IMG/VR virus record: IMGVR_UViG_2513237176_000002
Reading direction: 5' to 3' (one strand)
Source: a virus
Lineage: Duplodnaviria > Caudoviricetes
DNA length: 64,000 nt
The notes under the pieces are model-generated. The model made no database searches. It had not been told where the DNA came from and saw nothing but the letters and a program-made list of their open reading frames with translations. Positions within the stretch are counted from its first letter, which is position 1, and every line of letters starts with the position of its first letter. Below, in pieces: positions 56,198-64,000 of this stretch. The position numbers were made by a program, and so were the translations under genes.

Positions 56198-56517
56198 GCC
56201 ACCGCCGCGAACGGTCCGAGGTCAACGTGGTAGTCACCGAGCACCGTCACCCGTGGGCAGCCGGGGATGCGCGGCTCGTCGTACGCCACGACCAGTTCGA
56301 TGTCCTCGCGCCGGTTCTGCAGGACGGTGACGATGACGCCCGTCCCGTACCGGTACGCCTGCGGGTACTGCTGGCCGACGTGCCGGATCCGCACACCGGG
56401 CGCGAACTCGCGGACGCTGTCCACGGGCTGCCAGCCGCATTCGGCGTAGGCGGCGAGCCGCCGCTGGATCTCGGCGTGGTCATCGTCGGTCAGGGTGTCG
56501 AGCGTGATCGCGGTCAT
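56194..56517 (-). CDS. Hypothetical early protein
   Basis: GGAGG RBS; coupled. Confidence 0.6.
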   Translation of the reverse strand: MTAITLDTLTDDDHAEIQRRLAAYAECGWQPVDSVREFAPGVRIRHVGQQYPQAYRYGTGVIVTVLQNRREDIELVVAYDEPRIPGCPRVTVLGDYHVDLGPFAAVA

Positions 56518-56927
56518 CGGGTGGCCTCCGCCGCGCTCAAAGTACAGATGTGCGACAGGGCGATGCACGACCCTTCACCCTCAACCCACACGACAGCGGT
56601 GTGCCCGCTCAGCAGCTCGGCCGGCGTCCGCGTGCGAGACACCTTGCCCTCGCCCTGCCGGACGCCGGTCCAGTAGCGGACGGGCGTACCGACCGGCACC
56701 GCGTCGTTGAAGTGGCCGACACGGATCCGCTCGCGGTCGTTCTTGATGACCTGCTCGGCCATCTCGTCCGTCATCCCGGCTTCTTGGAGAGTCGCGCACG
56801 GCCAGCCCACGTTTTCTTCCGGGAACTCGGCGTCGTCCGGGGTGCAGTGCAGGCAGATGAAGCCGCCGAAGATGAGTTCGTCCCAGTCGTGCAGGGCCAG
56901 CAGGGCCGGGCTGATAGCGATGGTCAT
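56514..56927 (-). CDS. Hypothetical early protein
   Basis: FN..VPVGTPVRYW...TRTPA..LSGHTAVVWV. Confidence 0.7.
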   Translation of the reverse strand: MTIAISPALLALHDWDELIFGGFICLHCTPDDAEFPEENVGWPCATLQEAGMTDEMAEQVIKNDRERIRVGHFNDAVPVGTPVRYWTGVRQGEGKVSRTRTPAELLSGHTAVVWVEGEGSCIALSHICTLSAAEATR

Positions 56928-57118
56928 CGGGCCACCTCCGTGGCGGTCAGGTATTCGGTGATGGCGTCACGTAGCAACGCGAGATCGGCGTTGGTTTCAA
57001 GGGTGATGACCTTGTATTTGTCGTCTGTCCGATACGAGATAACGGCGTCGTTGGCACCGGTCACGGCCCGGCGGATACGCCACGGTCCGACGGTGACGAA
57101 CGCGGAGTCGGTCATCAC
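56924..57118 (-). CDS. Hypothetical early protein
   Basis: Coupled ORF chain. Confidence 0.6.
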   Translation of the reverse strand: MMTDSAFVTVGPWRIRRAVTGANDAVISYRTDDKYKVITLETNADLALLRDAITEYLTATEVAR

Positions 57119-57435
57119 GCCACCGCCGTCCGCTGCTCGTGCGCAGCAGCTACGTTGAGCAGCAGCCGGGCGAACTCCCGCAACTGCGCCGGGCTAACCT
57201 CGCGTTTGACGAAGCCGCGCGCCAGGTCGTCGTCACCGAAATGCGCGCTGATCGTGAGCGGGCTGTGGTCGTCTTCGTGGTCGCACGGCCCGGCGTTGAG
57301 GGCGAACCCCCAGCCGATCGCCCAGTGCACGAATTCGGGGAGCGGCTGCTCATCCTCGCCGTACTCGCGGATGATCTCCGGGTCGCTGTGGGCGGGCTTC
57401 AACGTCCACGGCGGGGGCCAGGTCGTGTCGGTCAT
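57115..57435 (-). CDS. Hypothetical early protein
   Basis: Coupled ORF chain. Confidence 0.6.
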   Translation of the reverse strand: MTDTTWPPPWTLKPAHSDPEIIREYGEDEQPLPEFVHWAIGWGFALNAGPCDHEDDHSPLTISAHFGDDDLARGFVKREVSPAQLREFARLLLNVAAAHEQRTAVA

Positions 57436-57632
57436 CAGAACGGCTCCTCTCCGTTGCTGCGCAGTTCGTCGGAACGCCGCGCCGCCAGGTATTCGGCGTA
57501 CTGCCAGGCGGGTACGCCGTTGTCGTGCAGGACGCGCATGGCGGTGGTGATGTCGTGGTCCTGACGCGCTTCAGCAGCGGAGGTGTCGCCATCCCGCAGG
57601 GAAGGGCCGGGGTCGAGCGCGTCGAAGTTCAT
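57435..57632 (-). CDS. Hypothetical early protein
   Basis: AAGGAGGAG RBS. Confidence 0.6.
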   Translation of the reverse strand: MNFDALDPGPSLRDGDTSAAEARQDHDITTAMRVLHDNGVPAWQYAEYLAARRSDELRSNGEEPF

Positions 57633-57877
57633 CGGGTCTCCTCCTTCAGTGCGGCGTGGAGTGCATTGCGGGCCACGGCCTCGTCGTACGGGTCGTCGGC
57701 GGACTCGATGGCGCGCACGGCAGCCTCGATGCGACGCAGACGCTCCACCTCGGCGAGCAGGGCAGGGACGTCGCCGGCGCTGGCGTGCGCTGAGCAGCAA
57801 GGGAAGGCGTGCGGATGATCGTGGGACGCGAGGTATCCGTCGTGGCGGGTGCGGACGGCGTCCAGGTCAAGAATCAT
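57629..57877 (-). CDS. Hypothetical early protein
   Basis: DVPALLAEVERLR motif. Confidence 0.65.
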   Translation of the reverse strand: MILDLDAVRTRHDGYLASHDHPHAFPCCSAHASAGDVPALLAEVERLRRIEAAVRAIESADDPYDEAVARNALHAALKEETR

Positions 57878-58110
57878 CGGTTGTCCCGCTCGATCTCCTC
57901 GTCGGTCCACTCCCGGACCCGGACCTGCGTGTCCTGGCCGCCGTGTACCGGGTGGCCCGGTCCGAACGCGCACCAGACGCTCTCGTCGTCGCTGAGCCGG
58001 TGGTGGTAGCCGCACCGGGGGTCGGCGATCAGACCGGCGTCACTGGCGCGCTTGGCGGGCTCGAACGGGTGGGCGGGGATCGTGACGATGGCGGGAAGGT
58101 TGATGGTCAT
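57874..58110 (-). CDS. Hypothetical early protein
   Basis: Coupled ORF chain. Confidence 0.6.
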   Translation of the reverse strand: MTINLPAIVTIPAHPFEPAKRASDAGLIADPRCGYHHRLSDDESVWCAFGPGHPVHGGQDTQVRVREWTDEEIERDNR

Positions 58111-58313
58111 CAGCTCTCGTCCTCCTCAACCCACACGTCCACGAGCGTGAAGACGTACTCGGTGAGCGCATCGGCTTGCTGGTCGCGCGACATGGCGCGC
58201 CATTCACCCCACGTGTAGCCGAGCTCGTCGGCGCCGTTGCGGCTGTTGAACTGGGCGTCGCGGCTGCTGGAGTAGCCAACCTTCACCGGATCACTGTCAG
58301 CGTGTTTGGGCAC
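58110..58313 (-). CDS. Small acidic early protein (67 aa)
   Basis: GAGGAGG RBS before GTG. Confidence 0.7.
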   Translation of the reverse strand: MPKHADSDPVKVGYSSSRDAQFNSRNGADELGYTWGEWRAMSRDQQADALTEYVFTLVDVWVEEDES

Positions 58314-58338
58314 TTGGCCTCCTCGGTTCGGGGATTGG

Positions 58339-58410
58339 ATGCCACACCAGTGTGGCCTACACTGTGTGGCATGACAAGTCAGCTGTTCGTGCCACCGGGT
58401 GTAGGCCACC
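58339..58410. promoter_or_regulatory. Operator-like imperfect palindrome in a divergent promoter
   Basis: ATGCCACAC...GTGTGGCAT (58339-58372) plus related GCCAC/GTGTAGGC copies. Confidence 0.5.
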
Positions 58411-58433
58411 TCCGTGTCTGTCAGAATTTGTCC

Positions 58434-58670
58434 GTGACGGACAAACAATTGGCCGACGCGCTGCGCTCCTTTAAGCGCGCCGAAAGCGTCCTCGACGAGC
58501 GGCGGCAGGAGTTGTTCAAGGCGATCGGCCGCGCCATCGTTGAGAACGGCGAGCGGCAGGCTGCCGTCGTTGAGCAGACCGGCTACACCCGTGAGCACGT
58601 CCGGCGCATCTGCGCGGCCTATGTCCGGTGGAAGTCGGGCGAAACCACGACCCTGAAGATTGCGCGGTAG
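58434..58670 (+). CDS. Small HTH protein
   Basis: RQAAVVEQTGYTREHVRRI; CAGAAT -10 just upstream. Confidence 0.75.
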   Translation: MTDKQLADALRSFKRAESVLDERRQELFKAIGRAIVENGERQAAVVEQTGYTREHVRRICAAYVRWKSGETTTLKIAR

Positions 58671-58673
58671 TCG

Positions 58674-59234
58674 ATGTCCGACGGAGATCTGCTCCCCACT
58701 GCGGTTTATCGGCTGTTCTCGACCGAAGGTGGGTTGCTCTATGTGGGCATGGGCGACGGCTTCACGCGCATCAAGGCCCATCTCCGCAAGAAGCCCTGGC
58801 GTGCCGAGATCGACCCCACGCGCACCCAGGTTGAATGGTTCGGTACGCGCGCCGAAGCGGCCCGGCAAGAAACCCAAGCCATCCGCACAGAAGCGCCCAG
58901 GTACAACATCGCTGGCACCTCTCGTGCCCACGCACTGGGCCACACCGCGTATCGACGCAAACATGGCGGCGTTGAGCCGAAACCATTCAAGACGCGGCAC
59001 TTCGTGGGAGCGGGTGAGATCGGCGACCGACTCGGCGTCTCCCGCCAGCGTGTCCAGCAACTGATCGCCAAACCCGACTTCCCCGCGCCCTACGACGAAA
59101 TCCAAATGGGCAAGGTCTGGCGCATCGCCGACATCGAAGCCTGGATCCGAGAGCATCGGCCCGCGCTCGCCGACAGTGAGCCTGCGCCCACCGCTACGCC
59201 CACCCGCAAAGGACCGCGCAAGCCGCCGAGCTGA
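58674..59234 (+). CDS. GIY-YIG nuclease fused to AlpA-like HTH
   Basis: AVYRLF....LLYVG...R...H...E..AI..E.PRYN; VGAGEIGDRLGVSRQRV...FPAP...GKVW. Confidence 0.85.
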   Translation: MSDGDLLPTAVYRLFSTEGGLLYVGMGDGFTRIKAHLRKKPWRAEIDPTRTQVEWFGTRAEAARQETQAIRTEAPRYNIAGTSRAHALGHTAYRRKHGGVEPKPFKTRHFVGAGEIGDRLGVSRQRVQQLIAKPDFPAPYDEIQMGKVWRIADIEAWIREHRPALADSEPAPTATPTRKGPRKPPS

Positions 59235-59236
59235 CC

Positions 59237-59587
59237 TCACCGCTCACCGTCCGGCAGCTCACCAGCGCCCGAACACGGCGTCTCGGACCGTTCCACCCCG
59301 TCCACCGTGCGCACCCACGCCCCGTGCGCCACGATTCGGCCGTCCTCGGTCGCGATGTCACCACCGCACACCGGGCACACGCCATGCAGTCCTGCCAGCA
59401 GTGCCACACAGCGGCCGTGGGCCTCGGCAGGCGGGTCGGCCGGCTGAATCACCGGCACAAACCCGTCCTGGCCTTTGCCCGGCGTCAACGGCCAGCCGCA
59501 CAGCATCAGCCGCGCACCAGCCCGGCGCACACACCACACGTCGCCGCGGGCACCCGGCACCGCCCACTCGAAACCGTCCGGCAGCAT
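59237..59587 (-). CDS. Cys/His-rich early protein
   Basis: CPVCG...H...CSG. Confidence 0.6.
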   Translation of the reverse strand: MLPDGFEWAVPGARGDVWCVRRAGARLMLCGWPLTPGKGQDGFVPVIQPADPPAEAHGRCVALLAGLHGVCPVCGGDIATEDGRIVAHGAWVRTVDGVERSETPCSGAGELPDGER

Positions 59588-60018
59588 CAGGCAGCCACCC
59601 CAACCAGAGCGGGCACCAGCACCAGATCACAGCCGACCGCAGCCGCCCAGTCCGCGAGCGCCCGCAGCCCCGGCTGATGCCGGCGCCGCTCCCACAGCGA
59701 CAGCTGCGGCTGGGTGAACCCGGCCGCCTCAGCGACCTCCGCCTGCGACAGCCTGCGGCGCTGCCGGACCGCCGTGAGCGCCCCCACCGGGTCCACATCC
59801 AGGATCGGCAGGCCGGAATGCGGGTGCACGGCCACCACGCTGCGCAGCCCGCCCGCCCACCCCAACAGGCTGTCCATGCCCGGCGCGTACACCCCGGCCT
59901 CCCACTGGAGCAGCAGCTGGGTGCGCACACCGATCCGGCCGGCCAGCACCCTGCGGTCGATACCGGCAGCCCGGCGCAGATCGGTCAGCTGCTCCGTGAC
60001 CGGGTGGGCGTGACTCAC
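59587..60018 (-). CDS. Double XRE-HTH protein
   Basis: Two LSQ.EVA...G.....L..WE-type motifs. Confidence 0.8.
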   Translation of the reverse strand: MSHAHPVTEQLTDLRRAAGIDRRVLAGRIGVRTQLLLQWEAGVYAPGMDSLLGWAGGLRSVVAVHPHSGLPILDVDPVGALTAVRQRRRLSQAEVAEAAGFTQPQLSLWERRRHQPGLRALADWAAAVGCDLVLVPALVGVAA

Positions 60019-60260
60019 CGATCCGTTCCGTCCACCGGATCCAGCACGACCAAGGCGCGCGGCGTGTTCTCCGCCCGGCGAATCCAACCCATCTCGCTCA
60101 ACCGGCCCACCTGGTACGAGACCGCCGACACCGACAGGCCCGTCGCTTCGGAGATGTCACGGAACGTCGGCGAGAACCCGTTCGCCGTGGCGTACGAGCG
60201 GATCGCCTCGAGGACGCGGCGCTGTGTCTTGGTGAGCAGTGATGCGACGGCGGCGGTCAT
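60015..60260 (-). CDS. LexA DNA-binding-domain-only protein
   Basis: LTKTQRRVLEAI......GFSPTFRDI....G....V...L...GWI.R....PRAL. Confidence 0.85.
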   Translation of the reverse strand: MTAAVASLLTKTQRRVLEAIRSYATANGFSPTFRDISEATGLSVSAVSYQVGRLSEMGWIRRAENTPRALVVLDPVDGTDR

Positions 60261-60315
60261 GCCACCTCCTCAGAGTCAGGGTCGGAGACCAGATGCACGG
60301 CAGGGTCGGGGCTGG

Positions 60316-60867
60316 TCATGCGACCCTCCGGTGGGTTGCGCGCCGAGCCCGAGCAGCCATGCGCGCTGGCATTTCACCGCGGGCCATTCGCTGAGCAGCC
60401 AAATAGTTGACGCCGAGTCCATTGCTCAGCCGCGAGATCGGAATCCGCCTGGCGCGGGCCGCCTGGAACACCGCGACCAGTTCCGCATCCGTCAAATCGA
60501 CGCGGTCACCAGCAAGAACCCGCTCCACCACGACCTCGTCCAGGTCGTCACCCGGAGCGACGGGCTCCATGCTGTCGACAACCACAGCCAGGATCTCCGC
60601 AGCGGTCGCCCCCGCAAGCCAGCTGCGGTGCCGCAGCCGCTTCAACGTGCTGACGTTCACCCTCGCCGCGGCCGCGATGTCGTCCAGCGTCATCCCAGCG
60701 GCCTGAAGGCGAGCGACGTGCTCGCGGACCAGTTGCGGGTCTGCCTTCGGTAGCCAGCTTCCGTCCGCGATAGCAGCCCGGCGCCGACGGTCGTAGACAC
60801 GCCACACCTGCTGGCAGCCGGCGCATCCGGCAACGCCAGGAGTTTCGTGTCGGGAACAGGCCGTCAT
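60316..60867 (-). CDS. HTH protein with N-terminal Zn motif
   Basis: CAGC; VREHV..L.AAGM...IA; DEVVVER. Confidence 0.7.
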   Translation of the reverse strand: MTACSRHETPGVAGCAGCQQVWRVYDRRRRAAIADGSWLPKADPQLVREHVARLQAAGMTLDDIAAAARVNVSTLKRLRHRSWLAGATAAEILAVVVDSMEPVAPGDDLDEVVVERVLAGDRVDLTDAELVAVFQAARARRIPISRLSNGLGVNYLAAQRMARGEMPARMAARARRATHRRVA

Positions 60868-61553
60868 GCCGCCGCCCCCGTAGCCCTGCGGAAGGCACTG
60901 AACCCCTTCGGCCGTGCCCGCGGGTCGTCAAGGTCGCCGTCGTCGTCCCAGCAGATCGGCGGGGCGTAGCCGAGCGTGCGCGCGTGCACTTGTGCTTTCT
61001 CTGACGGGCCGGGCCGGCACTCCAGCTCTCGGTACAAGCGGCAGATGGCTTCGTGATGGCGGTAGGCAATGCGGTCTTGATACCGGTACCGCCACTTACA
61101 CACCTGCTGCAGGTTCGTGTCTAGCCGGCCGGCGACCGCCGCAGCACTCCACCCGATCGCCATCAACGCCTGCAGTCGCCGTGACACCCCCAGCGAACTG
61201 ACACGCGTAGCTGCGGACGGCGCGGCGACAACAGCGAGTAAGGCGTGCGCGGTTGCCGCCTGAGCGGAAGCTTGCCGGCCACTGACAACCAGATCGACGG
61301 CATTGCGGCTGACGCGGGCGGCGCGGGCGATGTCTCGGCGGCTGAGCCCCGCGTCGAGCAGCGTCTGCAGGTGCCGCCGGATAGGTGTGGCGTCAACGAT
61401 CCCTTGCCAGGTGCCGTAGGCGACCTGCCGAGTCCGGGCGCGCTTCTGGGTGGCCGCCACCTCCCGGCAGCCTTCGCAGCCCGCAACGTAGCGGGTGTGC
61501 CGGCGGCAGATCGTACGAAGCTTCACGGGCTTCGAGGCGAGAGTGCTGGTCAC
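60864..61553 (-). CDS. HTH protein with N-terminal Zn motif
   Basis: VDATPIRRHL; RRLQALMAIGWS; PP..WDDD..DDP. Confidence 0.75.
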   Translation of the reverse strand: MTSTLASKPVKLRTICRRHTRYVAGCEGCREVAATQKRARTRQVAYGTWQGIVDATPIRRHLQTLLDAGLSRRDIARAARVSRNAVDLVVSGRQASAQAATAHALLAVVAAPSAATRVSSLGVSRRLQALMAIGWSAAAVAGRLDTNLQQVCKWRYRYQDRIAYRHHEAICRLYRELECRPGPSEKAQVHARTLGYAPPICWDDDGDLDDPRARPKGFSAFRRATGAAA

Positions 61554-61747
61554 GCGGCCACCTCCGTGCCGGTTCCACGCCGCCAGTAGTTAGGCGAGTC
61601 AGGGCACAGCTGGCAGCGCAGCAGGCTCCCCGGCTCCGGGCAAGGCCGGTCAGGAACACCAGCCGCACCCTTGCCCTCGCACTTACTCGGCACATCCGCC
61701 GGTGCCTCGGGAGCACGCACAGGGAGCGGGGTCACGGTGGCGGTCAC
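61550..61747 (-). CDS. Small Cys-containing protein
   Basis: CQLCPDSPNYW. Confidence 0.6.
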   Translation of the reverse strand: MTATVTPLPVRAPEAPADVPSKCEGKGAAGVPDRPCPEPGSLLRCQLCPDSPNYWRRGTGTEVAA

Positions 61748-62106
61748 GCTGCCGCTCCAACCTCGTCAAGGAGGAAAGGCTTCACGTCCTGCACCCGCGC
61801 CCGCGGCTTCTTCGGCCCGAGCAGCCGGGTGTACTGGATGCCCTGCCCCCGCCCACCTTTTGCGGCGAGAACCGGAATGGCGCCGACCATCGCCGACACC
61901 TCGACGAGACGGTCCCATTCGGCCGGGCCGAGCGCCCCGGCGGTGGACTTGCATTGGATGAACAGCAACTGGCCGGGCTTGATGGCGATCAGGTCGACTT
62001 TGGCGTCGCCTTTCGACCCGGCGGCCCGGATGACGATGTAGCCGTTGTCGGCGAGGTCGTCACGGCACGCCCACTCGAACCGGCGGCCAGCGGCGTAGTG
62101 GCTCAC
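61744..62106 (-). CDS. Hjc-type Holliday junction resolvase (PD-(D/E)xK)
   Basis: G.RFE....L..NGY.V.RAAGSKG..DLIAIK....FIQCK. Confidence 0.85.
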   Translation of the reverse strand: MSHYAAGRRFEWACRDDLADNGYIVIRAAGSKGDAKVDLIAIKPGQLLFIQCKSTAGALGPAEWDRLVEVSAMVGAIPVLAAKGGRGQGIQYTRLLGPKKPRARVQDVKPFLLDEVGAAA

Positions 62107-62261
62107 CGAGCACCGTCCCGCTCGTAGTCCGCGTCGTGGTCGCCGTACGCGTCCCGCAGGTCATCCGGGGTCGCCGCCGCAGGCAGGTCGAACGCGCCGT
62201 TCAGGAACGCCACCTCGGCTGCGGCATCCCGCTCGTCGAAGTCGGTGGTCAGATCGCTCAC
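62103..62261 (-). CDS. Small acidic protein
   Basis: GGAGG RBS; coupled. Confidence 0.5.
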   Translation of the reverse strand: MSDLTTDFDERDAAAEVAFLNGAFDLPAAATPDDLRDAYGDHDADYERDGAR

Positions 62262-62470
62262 GACTGCACCTCCGCCGAGAACTCCGAGGTCAGCTTCCAC
62301 ACGTGCCCGGACGCCTCGTTGATGCCGTCCGCGATCAGGTGGGCACCGGCCAGCGCCGACTCCTCGTCCACGGCGGGGATCGTGAAGAGGAACATGCGCC
62401 GGGACTGCCCGGCTGCCATGACGAACGCGACCCGCCACTCGGCGAGAGCCACTGTCTGCAGGGTGCTCAC
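62258..62470 (-). CDS. Hypothetical early protein
   Basis: Coupled ORF chain. Confidence 0.55.
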   Translation of the reverse strand: MSTLQTVALAEWRVAFVMAAGQSRRMFLFTIPAVDEESALAGAHLIADGINEASGHVWKLTSEFSAEVQS

Positions 62471-62721
62471 GACGGCACAACCGTGGCGTCCCAGCCGATC
62501 GGCTGGCGCTGGGGCGGCAGGGCTTCGATCGCACGGACCAGGTCACGGGCGGCCAGCGCCAGCTGCTCACCCGCGTACTCGGCCGCCGCGTCAGCGTGCC
62601 GTTCCTCGTCCCGGTAGTAGTGGCTTGCGGAGATCGAGTCCAGGGCGGCGGACTCCACGCGTTGGCGGGCGCGTGATGCCGCCATCTCAAGGTCGAACAG
62701 GTCAGTGGTCGTGGTCATCAC
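62467..62721 (-). CDS. Hypothetical early protein
   Basis: GAGGAGG RBS; coupled. Confidence 0.6.
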   Translation of the reverse strand: MMTTTTDLFDLEMAASRARQRVESAALDSISASHYYRDEERHADAAAEYAGEQLALAARDLVRAIEALPPQRQPIGWDATVVPS

Positions 62722-63200
62722 GCCTCCTCGGCGGTGGTCTGGTTGGTGGGGGTCACGTCTCCGGCGTCGGTCAGCAGCGACCACACGCCGCGGTACAGCA
62801 CCGGCACAGAGGTGGGGTCTTCGTGGCTGTGGAGCATCCAGCCGCGCCAGTACGCGGCAGCAGGCATCGCATGGAGCGCCCCCGAATGGCAGCCGCGGCA
62901 GGCGTGCAGCAGGTTTGACAGGACGTGATGCCGGGCGGCTGCCGCACCGTGCCGGCCACCCATGCCCGTCGTGATCCGGTGACTCGGGTCCACGGCCCGG
63001 CCATCGCAGCCCGGAGCCTGGATTTCGCACACGCCACAGGAACGCTGCTTGAGAGCGGCGCGCACCCGCGCCGGGACTCCCGGCGGCTGGCGCTTCGGCT
63101 TCGCCGTCTGCCGGGTGTGCTTCGGTGCCAGCGACGAGGTGCGGGCCAGCGGAGTCCCTGACCGCAGGGGAGTGCGGCGGGCGATCGCGGTGCGCTTCAC
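62718..63200 (-). CDS. HNH-family nuclease
   Basis: RS.G.CE...C...SHR...SNLLHACRGCH. Confidence 0.8.
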   Translation of the reverse strand: MKRTAIARRTPLRSGTPLARTSSLAPKHTRQTAKPKRQPPGVPARVRAALKQRSCGVCEIQAPGCDGRAVDPSHRITTGMGGRHGAAAARHHVLSNLLHACRGCHSGALHAMPAAAYWRGWMLHSHEDPTSVPVLYRGVWSLLTDAGDVTPTNQTTAEEA

Positions 63201-63571
63201 GACACGCCCGCCAGCGAGAAGGCGCTCTGCACCGATTTACCGAGAGCCATCACGATCATGGACTGGTCGCGGAGCGTCCGCAGGTAGTCCTCGGCGGCCT
63301 TCCGGTTCGCCTCCGCCAGATCAAACGTGCGCTCCAGGACGGCGGCCTGCTCAGCAACCCACGCATCCCGCTCCGCCGTCGTGTAGCCGCCGCGGGTCAC
63401 CTTCGGGCAGTCGTCGGACAGCAGCGCCTTCCGCCGGGCCGACTCGAACGCGTGCTTGGCGTCCACCTCGGCATCGCGGGCCGCGCGAAGACTCGACTGG
63501 GCCAGCGTCAGATCGTTGACGAGCCTTCGCAGCTTCGCCTCGATCTGAGCAGGCGTCAGGTCGTCGCTCAT
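63197..63571 (-). CDS. Coiled-coil recombination-region protein
   Basis: TPAQIEAKLR...TTAERDA. Confidence 0.7.
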   Translation of the reverse strand: MSDDLTPAQIEAKLRRLVNDLTLAQSSLRAARDAEVDAKHAFESARRKALLSDDCPKVTRGGYTTAERDAWVAEQAAVLERTFDLAEANRKAAEDYLRTLRDQSMIVMALGKSVQSAFSLAGVS

Positions 63572-63999
63572 GCGACCTCCCCAGCCTTGACCGCGTCAAG
63601 GAATCGGGTGAGCTCCAGCCCGTCGGCGACGGTAGACGGCTTGCCCAGGTGCGCGACGACATGCTGCTCAAGCTGCTCGGCGTTCCAGCCGTTCTCGCCG
63701 GCCACGCCCTGGATCTGCGCCCACACCTCGTCGGGGTCGGGGATCACCTCGGCGTCCACCACCTCGTCCACGGGCGGCTGCTCCGGTTCGGGCTGCGGTT
63801 TGGGCGGGGGAGTTGGCTCGGGTTTCGGCGCGAACTCGGCGGCCTTCGCGTTCAGCGCGGCCTTCACCTCGTCGGTGAGCGCCTCGTCGTCCTTGGCGTC
63901 TTTCCACAGTGCCCGCACCTGCTCAACGTTCTTGGTGTCGTCGGCCATCGCGATGTACTCGTCCGCCGTGAACTTGCGTCGGGTCGACTCAACCTTGGC
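63568..63999 (-). CDS. C-terminal part of a larger early protein (possibly a recombinase; truncated by window)
   Basis: Frame is open to the window edge; Pro-rich linker and VVDAEVI; function not visible. Confidence 0.55.
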   Translation of the reverse strand, partial: AKVESTRRKFTADEYIAMADDTKNVEQVRALWKDAKDDEALTDEVKAALNAKAAEFAPKPEPTPPPKPQPEPEQPPVDEVVDAEVIPDPDEVWAQIQGVAGENGWNAEQLEQHVVAHLGKPSTVADGLELTRFLDAVKAGEVA

Positions 64000-64000
64000 G

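Larger units (their letters stand above)
14982..64000 (-). mobile_element. Siphovirus-type prophage (continues beyond right edge)
   Basis: Ordered early, replication, packaging, head, tail and lysis modules. Confidence 0.95.

Noticed and set aside
1-64000. Many long overlapping ORFs in the track (e.g. 44079-45614 +, 59176-60753 +, 10831-12177 -, 26209-27417 +)
   Set aside because: Antisense or off-frame shadows of real genes in high-GC DNA; Arg/Pro-rich with no motifs
1-64000. CRISPR array, integrase, transposase, reverse transcriptase
   Set aside because: No repeat-spacer array or diagnostic motifs seen by eye

Overview
High-GC actinobacterial DNA (Micromonosporaceae-like by gene content; inference) that is almost entirely mobile element. 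About 14980-64000 is a siphovirus-type prophage, read mostly on the minus strand. It carries early and replication genes (Hjc-like resolvase, HNH, LexA-DBD, initiator, DnaB), terminase, a Mu gp29-like portal, a Mu gpI-like protease/scaffold, capsid, neck, tail, a frameshifted tail chaperone, tape measure and lysis genes. About 3600-14970 is an AICE/plasmid-like module: a DUF3987-type helicase with an iteron origin, a Spd-like protein, membrane proteins and an FtsK/TraB translocase. It abuts the phage holin with no integrase between them. The left end holds two tandem candidate toxin-antitoxin pairs (Panacea + RelE-like; small antitoxin + PIN), an XRE-DUF5753 regulator and a hydrolase. Strongest leads: (1) a 2H phosphoesterase (Acb1-like fold) embedded in the head protease/scaffold; (2) a tandem pair of WXG100-like ~100-aa paralogues beside the FtsK ATPase, one fused to a six-zinc-ribbon membrane protein; (3) a possible phage/conjugative-element hybrid with three replication modules; (4) a dimethylformamidase-like domain in a head-module protein; (5) a non-canonical tRNA-like cloverleaf. 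All family assignments come from motif recognition by eye. No searches were run.
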